DNA of 63,776 nt, the filler included, from Reticulomyxa filosa (taxonomy: Eukaryota > Protista > Foraminifera): the NCBI GenBank assembly GCA_000512085.1. It is 20 parts of 20 records of this genome, joined end to end, with 100 filler letters (N's around TTAATTAATTAA, not from the genome) between each part and the next. Parts side by side here need not be neighbours in the genome. Positions count along the whole stretch, not along the records: positions 39,080 to 45,824 come from ASPP01039314.1; positions 45,925 to 48,299 come from ASPP01004362.1; positions 48,400 to 53,246 come from ASPP01039291.1; 17 more parts are not named here. One strand, given 5' to 3'. Positions within the stretch are counted from its first letter, which is position 1. Each line of letters begins with the position of its first letter. This document shows, piece by piece, positions 39,120 through 51,660 of the stretch. Under the pieces are notes generated by a model. The model had not been told where the DNA came from and ran no database searches. It was given only the letters and a program-made list of their open reading frames with translations. Made by a program: the position numbers and the translations under genes.

Positions 39120-41944
39120 GGTTCAACAGCACATGAACTTTGTGTTGGACCGAATTGGCTTGGTTTTGAAGTTTTTGATTAATTGTCAGCTCTCCGGAAA
39201 GGGCATCAAGCAAAGCAGTCACTTCTTTTAAAACTTGTACGCATGTCGATTTTTCAGCGGCTTGCATCGATGCGCTTCCTCCATTTTTTATGAGAGGACA
39301 AGTTGTTGTTGTTCGTAGTGCCTTCATAGTCAGGTTTAACTCCTTTGTCGTCATGAATGACGCCATTCTCTGTCACTTTATTGTCTTTATTTGAACCTTT
39401 CTCGTCATTTCGATTATTATTAATATTGTTGATGTTCTTCAAAGATATTGTTAATTGTGGCTCTTTATGTTTGTTGTTATTGTGATTTAACTCTGCCACT
39501 TCTTCTTCTTCCTCCTCTTCATCTTCATCTTCATTTTCTTCATCTTCTTCTTTTTCTGCAAAGTTTGGAAATATTTGTTTGGAAAAAGTTTGAATAATTT
39601 CAAGTATTTTTTTGCAATGCAACTGTCGCACTCCAATGAGAGCCAAGTCTTCTGTGTTTAATTCAAATAACAGCACACCGTCAATGCCATGAGATTCAAA
39701 CTTTGAGGCGTATTGATTCAATGGAGGCAATCCCTCGGCCCATTTTTTGATATCTGCGCTTTTCCAATTCAACACGTCCACAGTATTCACTTCCTTTTTT
39801 TTTTTAAAAAAAAAAAAAGTGGCTTTTTTGACTACGAAAAGTAAAAAAAAAAACAAGTCAACTTTGGAAATCGATTTGTCCATTTGTCTTTGTATTTCCA
39901 ATGACAACTTGACAGCGTGCAACGCGGGCAAACCCATCCCAATGAACTTTTCTTCGTTCATTTGTTTCAACTTTTCGCCATCAATTGTTCGAAATTTCGG
40001 GACATATTTTTCATAAGCGCTTCCCAAACTTTTCAACCATTCACAAACTTGTTCGTTGGCCCAATGATCCAATGGTATTTCCTGTTTTCCCTATTTTTTA
40101 TTTTTTGAATGCAACACTTTTATAAATATTAAACTTTTTATTTTTATAACACATGATCTCCCCCCCCCCAAGTTTAATTTATTCTCGTGAGTTGTTGTCC
40201 CCTCCCCCACCCCTCCCATTCATATTAGTCATTTTTTAATCTTAATGTATCGTATTGAGTGAACCTAGCATAGAGAGTTATAAAGACACCAACTTCTTTT
40301 TGCTTTTCTTCATTTGCCGCTTCATCTTCTTCTTCTCCTTCGGGGTTTTCTTCAACATCGTCTAATTTTTTTGCTCGGCGAAAGTTCTGCGTGGCTGGAT
40401 ACTGCCACAATACGCCAGTGCATGTACGAGCAAATGGTGGTGCTCTTCGTTTGAAGCTTAGTTTTCTTTGCTTTATTTCTTCGTCTAAATTTTGTGAAAC
40501 GGGTTTTTTCTCCTCAGTTTCTCCGTTTTCAGTCTTAATTATTTCCCCCCCCCGATATTGTGCACAAAACACATAACAATTTTTTTAAAATAGGATTTTT
40601 TGTTGTTTCCCCCTTTTTTTTTTTAAAAAAAAAAATCTGTATCATGTAGTGGTCATCATACCGGAACAGGACGGACATCAGTGGAAAAGCGTTGAACTTG
40701 TTTGGACATTGCTTCACCGTTTTCTCGGTTCCAAACCACATTAAGCCATTCGCCCTCCTCATCTTTCATTACATCAATTATTTCAGCTGTATACCATTCC
40801 TGATGCGTATTAGAAAATATTTGGACTTTGCCTCCTTTGCCCCATCCGACACGAACCTAAAGAGTTTCGGATATGTTTTTTTTGTTTTTTTTATAAATTT
40901 ATAAATTTTACTTTTCTGTATCATCCCAAAGGAGAACAAGGGGGGGGGGGGAAAAAAAAGAAAGAAAGGACAGGGACAAGAATACGGCACAAACGAATTT
41001 TTGCAAATGAAAAACAAGCCCTCTTGCAAAGTGGATGATGAATTATACTTTGGATACCAAAAACTATGGTCCCAACTTTTTTCACATTTCAATGAACTTA
41101 AAGTTTTTAGATTTTTTAGTTCAATTGCGAATAGAATATATGTCCCCCCCCCCTCCTTACAAAGAGAAGAAGAAGCAGCAAGTTACGAAACTTCCATTTC
41201 ATGTTCTGGAAATGGTGCATTTTCTTTTTCGGCTTTTTGTCTGGCCAGTCTTTGTTTTAGCTCTTGAACTTGTTCATCCTATTCATACACAACGCAAAAT
41301 AAATCTATACATATATGTAATGTATATACACTTATAATATGACTCAGATTTAACTTGCATTTATTTTCAAGTATCACTTTTTTTTTTTTTTTTAAGGGCA
41401 GTTTTTTTAATTGTAAGCACAAAGTTATGAAATGTCTAAAAAAAAAAAGACATGAGGGAGAGGTTGAAATCAACATTATAATAAAACAAACAATACAAAA
41501 AAAAACAAAACAGAACTGTAGATTTGATATCAGTACTAAATCTTTGTACTTGTTTGGACATTGACTTGTCATATCTTATCTGTGTGTATGTTTTTGATTA
41601 TTGTTCCCACCCCCTTTTTTTTTTTGTGGTTTGCTTCGAATACTTTTGTATACGTTATGATTGAAGGAGATCTTTTAACTTCTAGCCACTCCCCCTCCGA
41701 GTCGTGAAATATTTGTGCTACTTCTCCTACAAACCATTTCTTCTTTGAATTGGAATAGATTTGTACTTGTGAATTTGTTCGCCATTCCTTGCGAATCTAT
41801 TTATAATCATCGCTCAAAGTTTTTTTTCCTTTGTTAACTAACTTTGTTTTCAGTTGTAAAAACATGGTTTTGAAATAGAATGTTCCTTGGATTGAGGGAA
41901 GATAAAAACAGCCGTACCTGTGCATCTTCTTCAGTGCTAGACAT
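39120..41944 (-). CDS. Multi-exon protein with N-terminal Tudor/Agenet-like segment and two SAM domains
   Basis: ATG 41944 (MSSTEEDAQ|). Exon IRKEWRTNSQVQIYSNSKKKWFVGEVAQIFHDSEGEWLEVK. SAM1 HWANEQVCEWLKSLG..IDGEKL; SAM2 NWKSADIKKW..HGIDGVLLFELNTEDLALIGV. Probable poly-A frameshift near 39285. The joining of exons is inferred. Confidence 0.7.
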
Positions 41945-44639
41945 TTTTATCCAATAAACGGAAAAGTTCAAATGCTAATGGAAAAAACCGAATTTTTAAC
42001 GTTCAAAAAAAAACAGACAGCTACGCCGTCAAGTTGACATTTCTTTTTTTGTCTTTTTTACATTTTGTTCATAAAATAATTTAAGACTAGTTGCAAAAAT
42101 ACCAATTATAGCTTTTATAGACAAACATCTTGCTCAAAATATTTGATGATATAAATTATTATGTAAAGTGCAACTAATAATCAACAAAAAATTAAATTGA
42201 ACTTTTTATTAAAGATCATTTTAGCGATGGCCGTTTAACCAAATTTTACAGCTAAAGTAGTTTGCTTTCTAAAACATTAACTAAATATTTTGAACAATCA
42301 ACTTTAAAAAAATGCAAATTATCTTTGGCAACTAGTTCGCTGGTCTTCAAAGAAAAAATAGTATTAACTGGAAAAAAAACAAAAACAACTATTGCAAAAC
42401 AAATTAAAACAAAAATAAGTTCTTAGGAAATATTATAGGTGACCGAATTCGCTTTTTTTACGTTCAGTTCATAATATCGAAAACTTGTCGACGTCGAAAA
42501 GTGGTTATTAGTATTGTTGGAAGAGTTGGAAGAATTAACATTTATACTTTCGGACAAAAACTGTCCTTCCTAAAAAAATAATAACAAAACATTTAAATGA
42601 AAAAATATATATACTTAACTTGTTAGTGGAGCAAATAACATGACCAGACAAAAAAATATCGCTAACAACGTAATGCAAATCATTGTAGACTTTGGATCTG
42701 TATCAAAATTAACAGAATATAACATCGCAGAGATACTTACACTTTGAAGTAATATAATTCCGCAATAGTAACAGCAATTTGAATGCTGACGTATGTCGAA
42801 AATTTCATTTAAATATATCTTGCATATTAATCAGTTAAAAAAATGAGGGAAAATGAAGCAAAAAATTTATTTTTTAAACTTAAAAATTTTCATTATTGAA
42901 AGTATTTCTTTTTTTGTATTTTATTTCTTGTTTATTTAAATTTTTTATGATATAATTATTGTAAATCTTTAATTTATTTCAACATTTCTTACAATACCTT
43001 TATAAGAAAATTTTAAAAACAGATATTTTTTAAATTTTAAGTTTTGAACTTTATTCAAACCTATCTTCGTAAAAAAATAAAACAAAATTTGGATCAAGTA
43101 ATTTTCCAGAATTTAGACTAAATTTTCATTTATCCATGATTTGTGATCCATCGATGTGATATTTTTCTTTGTTTTTGAAGAAAAAAAGAATGATATTTCC
43201 ATTCAAAAGACAATCAGGTTAAAGCAATTGTAAATCATAAGAGTTGACGGAATTAAAAAAAGCTTATTATTTTGGTATTGTTAGTAATTAAAAAGAAAGA
43301 TTATAAAAATGGACAGTATAGATTGATTATATTTTAAAAAGTTATTTGTTAAAAAGCAAAAAGGAATGCATATAAATTAATTAATCTTTATCTAAAAGTA
43401 TTATATTAAATTTGAATAGTACAAGTTTTTTAAATGACAACCACAAATATTTTTTTTGTAATGAAAAAACAAAAATATGTATTACTATAAAGAGAGTAAG
43501 CAACAAGAATATCTAAAAAAAACTGTTGATATTGAAGAGTTGCAAAGCTATATAAAGTATTCGAATGATAATTTTTAATAGCTTTTTTATATGTATTTTT
43601 GAGTTTCAATAAATATTAAATATTTACAATTGTTATATCATAGAAAATTTGAATAAAACAAAAAACATTTTCAATACTAACAATTTTTTAAAGTTCAAAA
43701 AATTCATTTTTTGGTACATTTCCCATTATTTTTTGTTTCGTTATAATGCAAGAAAGAAAAAACCAATTCAAGATATATTTAAATGAGCTTATCTCCAGAT
43801 GACAGCGTGTAAATTGCTGTCCGTATGGAGGCTAGTAGTCCAAAGTTTAAGCGTAGTTGGTTTGCTTTATGGAATATATTTTGACAAGTATAACACATTT
43901 GGAATTATATGTGTTACGGTATTAGCAATATTTTTTGGCTTAATTTTGCTTGTTGTTCCATTAACAAGTTAATTATATACTTTTTTTTCATTTAGATATC
44001 TTGTTTTTGTTTTTGTTTTTCTTAGGAAGGACAGTTTTAGTTCGTGAACACCGTAGCGTTAATTCTTCAAGCGCTTATAACTATTCAAGTAATCCAAACT
44101 ATCACAATAATCACAACAATATCAAATATCAAAATTCAAACTCTAACAACAATTCAAACTATAACACTACCACAAACAAGTTTTAGAAATCCAAGATTCT
44201 TTAATTATGACATGAATTTTGTTGTTTTGATCATTTTCATTGATATGTTTGTTTCCTTGAAAATTTTGCAAGCACTTTACATTGTGATTTCAAAAAAACG
44301 AATCTTTTCCTTAAAAAAAAATAAAGGCGACAACTCTTTTATTAATATTTTTTTTGCAATGTCTTTGCTGGCCAACACAACTAAAGATAATTTGTTGATT
44401 ATTTGCAATATTTTTTCTTTTGACTGAGCGAAAGAAAGTCAAGAGCTAAAAATCAGTGGCATACGACAGTTTGTTGGAAAGAGATATTGCAGCATGGACA
44501 CATAATAGTATGTATGAAATATCAAACGAAGAGAAAAGAGTTTTGAAAAGGTAGAGTCTGCAATTTTCAAAAAACGTGTATAGTTAAGTCTGTAAAGGAT
44601 TTTATTTTGTTTTACTTGTTCGTTCACACCTTTCATCCC

Positions 44640-45435
44640 CCTTTTTCACTCAGTGGTTGGTCTTTACTTTACGTTTCTGGAAAAAAATAAAAGGTAACAC
44701 TGTATGTGTGTATTGCACAAATCCCTATGTTCAGTTTTATGGTCGGCTATTTGTTTAATAACGAACCTCTGTATCCACGTCACAATTCGGAACGATCATT
44801 GTGTTATTGGGCGTGGTGTTAGTGGTGGAGCCTTCATTTATATTTGGGTCGAGTCTGACAGACAAAACAGAACAACCAATACTCGGTTACGTGGTCGCAT
44901 TGATGGGCACCGTGCTGATTGTTTGCAAAATGGTGACAGTTCGAAAATTGCATAATCCAATTATCGTTGGAAGAGATAAAGATAATTATTGTGGGGCGCG
45001 TGCGATAATTGGTGGAAGTAATAACAATAATTTATTATTTATTACTTATTTTCCAAGGAATATTAGTGTATTTGATTTAAATGCATTTCAATTTATTAAT
45101 CACGATTACTTTCAAATTAATAATGTAATAAGCGTTCATTGCTTTGTATCAAAATCAGAAAACGACGAAGAAATGATAGGACGAAATGATGAAAATATCA
45201 TAGTACAAACTCACACGAAGACAAAAGTGCGTGTATGGGATATTTCACAGTTGGTAATAATTTTTTTTTAATTTATCAAATATAAAATAAATTATACTTG
45301 ATAAAATTAATTAATAAATAATAAATAATCAACAGTCAAAAATGAAATAAAATTTGTGAATCAATATTGGGTTCGAATTTTAAAGATAAAATTAGGATGG
45401 ATCGATGATTTTGATCAAATCATATTTAAATACAG
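44640..45435 (+). pseudogene. Chimeric relic: EamA/SLC35G-like transporter fragment fused to kelch-like family fragment
   Basis: PMFSFMVGYLFNNEP / GTIIVLLGVVLVVEPSFIFG...GYVVALMG...VRKL joins in frame at ~44950 to PIIVGRDKDNYCGARAIIGGSNNNNLLFITYFPRNISVFDLN...HCFV...THTKTKVRVWD, then QYWVRILKIKLGWIDDFDQII. Confidence 0.65.
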
Positions 45436-45627
45436 TAAAAAGAAATAAAGTTTATAATTAATTTTTTTAATTAAAGAAATTTCGTGATATTTTAAGTAAA
45501 CAAAAAAATGGATAATCATATCTTTCAAATTTTTTCTTTGTTCTTCAAAAAACAAAAATGACAAGCAAAATAAATTCATTTAAAGTAAATATGATTCAAT
45601 TTTTAAAAAAGTTTACTTAATATATGT

Positions 45628-45824
45628 TTATCCCCAAATATGAATAAAACCCCCACCTGAACCGTAATATAAGTTCAAACCAGAATTATTGTTCTTTTCT
45701 TTTTTTTTCAATCCTAGAAACTTAAGACAATATATCCCATAATCTTCTTTGTCATTTCCTTTGATCATATACAATACATTTTTATTTGATCGAATATCCC
45801 AAAAACGAATTGTATTATCTAATG
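45628..45824 (-). CDS. WD40-repeat protein C-terminus (5'-partial)
   Basis: LDNTIRFWDIRSNKNVLYMIKGNDKEDYGIYCLKF...LYYGSGGGFIHIWG*. Confidence 0.75.
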
Positions 45825-45948
45825 NNNNNNNNNNNNNNNNNNNNNNNNNNNNNNNNNNNNNNNNNNNNTTAATTAATTAANNNNNNNNNNNNNNNNNNNN
45901 NNNNNNNNNNNNNNNNNNNNNNNNAACAACAACAATAATACCTTACAG

Positions 45949-48299
45949 CTGAACGTGGATTTGTTAGTGGCACTAATGTAAGTGCCATTGACGTGGGGCA
46001 AGTCTCTTCAATCATTTTGTCATTGGAATTGTTTCACACTACGGTTTGTCTGTTTTTTTTTTTAAAAAAAATAACAAGTGTTGTATATAATATATACATA
46101 CAATATACATATATATGTACATATTTCAGAATGAAAGATCTTCGTCCACAATTCCAATCGCCACGACTGATGGCTGTGACGCATTTGCGATGAATCTGAC
46201 CACGATATTTAACATTGGAGTAGTCGTACACCGTTTTCAAATGTGTGGATTATTACTTTGACAATTCTTTCCAATGGAATAGTGTGGTCATTTACAATGA
46301 AACGTCAATCTGTTTGCCCGTCAAAGTGAACTAATTCAAAATCACCATCAGCACGCAAACGTCGTCCGAGCCTATCAACTTTCAACACAACTTGCTACAT
46401 ATCGCTATCGCACTTGCTTGCTCACTCATTATCGGATGGTTTTTCTTTCAATTCGTATGCAATCAGGATTTACTTCCAATATTAGCTTATGCTAAAAGTA
46501 TTTTTCCATTTTGTTTTTTTTTCCCTCAATACATATATTATGTATTTGTGCATATACACGTATATTTTTGTATATGTACATGTATATTTACATACATATA
46601 ATATTAAATAATACCAAAATAGCAAAACACAAGATGATATGTTCAAACACACGACTTTGTATCAATTATTGTGGATGGTGATCATTGCCAGTTTTGTGTT
46701 TTGGGCTATTTTTATTTATTCGTCCAATGACTCAGCCTAGTCAATATTTACTTTTCGTGGTTCCAAAAAGACAGACCACGCAATGAGAAGAAACATCGTC
46801 GATTTTGTCTCTGTCTTATCTGCTCTGGGACACTTCTTGGTCCTTGAGACATGAGCTCTTCTTGGAACCGGTTGAACCTAATGAAAGAGGGCTATCTCAT
46901 TATTACACCGAGTGATCGAAGGATAGTGCAGGAGGATGACAACAATGTTACAAAATATCCCCTATTTCTCTCTCTTTCTCTCTCTCTCCAAATCAAACAC
47001 AACCACAACAAATTCAACAACCACCTGCTGTTTCGTTTGTATATATGTATATGTATGTACATATATATGTATGTGTATGTACAGTGTATATGCTTACATA
47101 AGATGACGTATATTGTGTCTGTGCACAAAAAAAAAAAAAAAGGAGAGGTGATATTGGAAATGCAGCAAACAAGAAAGTCCACCCATGACACATTTAGAAA
47201 ACAACTTGGGGCGATCACACAAAATTTTGGAAAACGACTTGAACGTGATCAATTACCAAGAGACACGGCAAGCTTCTCGAAGAACGTTGTGGGAAAAAAT
47301 TCGGGTTTGTTTTTTTTTAAAAAAAAAAAAAAATAAGAGAGTTGTAATAGCATTTTTTTGTAATTGCCTTGATAATGATGATGACAGTAAGAGATGGAAT
47401 AAAGATTCGATCATCACAGTCAGTACAATCATCACGAGTATCGCGACTGTCTCTGCCTTCACAACACTTGCAACAACCAATACATCTCACACATAACCCT
47501 CAAATGAGACAAATGGGCAAGAAGCTTGAAGACGCAGAAGAAGATTCGCAAGAGAAAAAAGCGAGCGAATACGTTACTCCGGAAGGGGACGACGAAAGAA
47601 AAGACAAGGATAAGGACAAGGACAGTACAGGGATGATGAACACCCTCGATCGAACAAAGGAAAATAGACTATCAGCGAAATTGCACGATCCGTTCGAACA
47701 GTGAGGGGCGGGGGGGGGGGACACACAGTGGACATAAAGGTGACGACGACGATGACGATGATGGAGAGGATGCAGGTGATGTCACATGGTTTGAAAGTGG
47801 AGTTGACTAAGAGTGTCGACGAGGCCAACGACACGGCCAAGCCTCTGAAGAAAACGTCGTTGCCGATGGTGTTCATTCCCAGAAACGACCAAGAGAAAAT
47901 AAAGTACATAAAGAAGGCCGCGCAAGAGTTTGATTACAGCGAAGAGTAGACCAATTTGAAATTGGTCGAACTTGTATTGTCAGAACGAGGAAGAGCAAAG
48001 AAAAGAAGAAGAAGAATGGCAATGATGAAAATGAAAATTTAAATGAAGTGCAAGAAAAGGAAGTAATGTCCGCAGAGAAACGGAAAAAAAAAAAAGACAG
48101 AAGCAGTTGATGATTGACCAATTGGAGGCCATGTCCAACTTCGATAAGCGGAGTTAACTCGTCGAAGACTGCTGTTTCAAGATTATCCTTTGCCACATCG
48201 CCACAAGTACTGTTGCTTTATTCTCATGATCTCGCCATCGCCATTTTGGGAGTGCATTTCGGAAATTCCACCACCGTCGTCGTCGTCGTCGTCGTCGTT
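45949..48299 (+). CDS. Fragmentary multi-exon membrane protein with charged low-complexity tail
   Basis: Coding-like exons between AT-microsatellite introns; hydrophobic segments (HIAIALACSLIIGWFFF; LLWMVIIASFVFWAIFI). Several apparent frameshifts prevent a clean model. Confidence 0.35.
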
Positions 48300-48419
48300 N
48301 NNNNNNNNNNNNNNNNNNNNNNNNNNNNNNNNNNNNNNNNNNNTTAATTAATTAANNNNNNNNNNNNNNNNNNNNNNNNNNNNNNNNNNNNNNNNNNNNT
48401 TTTTTTTTTTAAATTCAAC

Positions 48420-51400
48420 GTGGTATCCTCGGATTTCTTTTTATTCATCATAACATCTTCCTCCTCATGTCTTCTTGCTTACTGATGATGTAGACTTGAG
48501 TTTCCACCAAATTGAGTCACGATATCGGAAGGATAGTTCCATTTACTCGACGGTCATATGTGATTACCTATTTCCTACAACATCCGTATCCTCTTATTTT
48601 TTTTCTTTCATTTCTTCTACCAATCCAACCGCTGCTGTTGTTGCGATACCGCAATATCAATATCGTTTACATTTTGCGCGATATTGTCACATCTTTTTTT
48701 TTTCTTTCTTTTTGGCAAGCTCGCCTTTGTAGTCGGACAGCGCCAAGATCCAGACCGTCGACGATTGAACTGGTATACTTTTTTTTTGACTGTTTCAATG
48801 CCATACAATGGATATTCTCTAAGCACCAAATTCATTCGTTGTCGTTACCCTCGTAAATGAGATACACACTTTGTCCTTGGATCATTGTTGCTATTGGAAG
48901 TTCTTGCATCCATCACTATACGTCCATTCAACAATTTTTGGATTGACATCTGGTGATGAATGGTATCATTTGCACTTCCTTTTTTGGACGTATTCTCTGT
49001 TGTTCTTCTCGTCTGCTTTCTTGATTGCCATCCAATACGTCGCTAATGGACAATAATCGATACTTGAGGCAGTTCAGCAAAAATTATATGCACTCTTTCG
49101 ACAAAAGTAAGGCACACAACTCTTGCAGTAGTGGAGTCAGAAAATGCAATCATCTTTCTATGTCCACCAATTATCAATGCCCAAGATTGCATGCGAGCTT
49201 ACGATTTCTCTCATCAGCACGCATATGATTCAAAAAATTTGCACACACACACACGACTAGTTTCGACATTGGTGCCCAATTTCTGCGTTTTGATTGTTGT
49301 GCTGCGTTTATAAAATTAGAGCAACTTCCATAACGACAGAGTTTTCCTTGATCATTGGAGCCAGTAGATCGCAATTGGACATCATCTTTGCGGATAATTG
49401 TTGACATGGCAAAGCGCCAGAGACTTGTGCGTTCGGGACTTTGGATTACCGCTGCTAGACATTATCATATTCGTTCCACATTTTCCATTGGGGGGTGTAT
49501 TATGTGAAATTAGTCCATATATAAAGTGCGCAAAGCCGCCACTCGCGAATGTGAAGGATCTTCGGATTTCTTTCTATTCATCATCACATCTTCCTCTTCT
49601 TGCTTGCTGGTGATGTCAGCTTGAGTTTCCACCAAATTGAGTCACGATATCGGAAGGATAGTTCCATGTGAGATTGTCTTACTCGACGGATCATATGTGA
49701 TTATATATTTCCTACAACATCCAGCGTGTTTTTCTTTCATTTCTTCTACCAATCCAGTCGCTGCGGTTGTTGCGATACTGCAATATCGATATCGTTTCCA
49801 CTTTGGGCGATATTATCACGCCTTTTTTTTTTTTTCTTTCTTCTTGACAAGCTCGCCTTTGTGGTTGGACAGCGCCAAGATCCAGACCGTCGACGATTGA
49901 ACTAGTTTTTTTTTTTTTTTTTCCACTGCTCCAACGCAATTATAAAATGGATATTTTCTAAATAACACATTTATTCACTCTCGTCGCCCTTGCGATAAAA
50001 AACACGCTTTGACCTTGGATGATTGTCGTTGCTGGAAATTCTTGCATCAATCACAAATGCGTTCATTCAATAATTTTTGAATTGGCGATCTCGGTGAGGG
50101 ACGGTACCATTTGCATTTCCTTTTTTTTGGACGTGTTTGCTGTTGTTATTCTTTCTCGCTTTCTTGAATGCCATCCAACACGTCGTCCGTAATCAACAGT
50201 CGGTCATGGAGGTAGTTCGGCAAAGACTATATGCGTTTGTTCGACAAACGCAAAGCAAACAAGTCTTGCAACGATGGAGCCGGAAAATGCAACAAGTTCT
50301 ATATATTCACGAATTGTTAATGCTCAATGTTGCCTACACACATGATTTAAAATCCAAATTTGCGCATGTGCGCACGCATGCGGCCAGTTTCGACACGAGT
50401 GTTCAATTTCTGCGTTTGGATTGTTGTGTTTATAAAAGTAGTGCGATTTCCATAACGACAGAGTTTTTCTTGGTCATTGGAGCCAGTAGATCGCAGTTGG
50501 ACATTATCTTTGCGGATAATTGTTGACATGGCAAAGCGCCAGAGACTTGTGTTCGGGGCTTTGGATTACCGCTGCTAGACATTGTCAATTTTCCATTAGA
50601 ACGCATTATGTGAAGTTAGCATACGCCTGCGAGTGGCGACTTTGCGTGTTTCCGAACGTAAAAAGCAATTCCATAACGAAAGCCAATAAAGCCGGCTGAC
50701 TGTTTGTTTTTTTTTTCTCCCTCCCCTTTTTAAACAAATCATCACCCTCATACTCTTTCTTTTCTTGCTTGCTGGTGTCTTGTGCGTTTCAAACAACTAA
50801 GTTAAACCACTCTTCATGGGCCAATTCATCCGATGTACTGTGGTTTCCTCGATCAAAATGCCAATTATTTTCTTTTTTTTTCATCGTTTTCAACTTCTTC
50901 GTCAATCCAGCCGCTGCCGCCGCTGCTACAACATAGTTGACATCGCTTTTACTTGCACGATACCATGGTTCTCTTTTTTTTCTTACTGACGAGTCTGCTT
51001 TTATATTCTGACGGCGCCAATGTTTAGCTTCTTTGGGATTGATCTGGGAGAATCTTGCCAACTGTTCCAGCTCTATATCGCAATGTCTTCCAACTACAAG
51101 TTCATCTATTCTCGTCGCTGTTGTGATGAGAAGCATACTTTAACCGATCGAATGGACGCAAGCAATTGAAAGGAGTGTATTGTACTATTAGATGTCTTCG
51201 TCGTTCCTGTTTTTTCTTGCTTTTTTGATTGGTACCCAACACGTCGTTCGTAGTTCCCGGAAGCAGTTCGTCAAAGATAATAGGCGCTTTCTCGACAAAC
51301 ATAGGGCGCATAACTCTTGCATAGACGGAGTCGGAAAATGCAACCAGTTCTATCACTTTCTTCACCAATAAACAATGTCCAATGTTTTGCGAGCTCAAAG

Positions 51401-51660
51401 TTTCTCACATCAATATACGCACGATTCAAAATCCAAAGTTGTGAATGTGAGCAATCATAATGAAACTAGTCGAATGTGTGAGCGATCTATGCATTCACAA
51501 ACTTAGCGTAATTTTCATAACCATTGTTCGTTGGTGCCGATAGATTGAATTTCAACGCTTTTGGCGCTTTGCCGCACCAACAATTATCCGCAGAGACTTT
51601 TGTACGCGTGTGTTGATAGTAAACATTATTTCCAATGCTTCGGGCTGCCACTGTTTGAAA
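48420..51660 (-). repeat. Tandem array of three ~1.1-kb decayed coding-like units
   Basis: GAGTTTCCACCAAATTGAGTCACGATATCGGAAGGATAGTTCCAT at ~48498 and ~49623. AATCCA..CGCTGC at ~48622, ~49751 and ~50905. GGAG.C.GAAAATGCAA at ~49133, ~50276 and ~51327. Confidence 0.85.

Noticed and set aside
43798-43825. ATGA...AAA hairpin as SECIS element
   Set aside because: Lacks the 3' GA of the quartet, and there is no upstream selenoprotein CDS.
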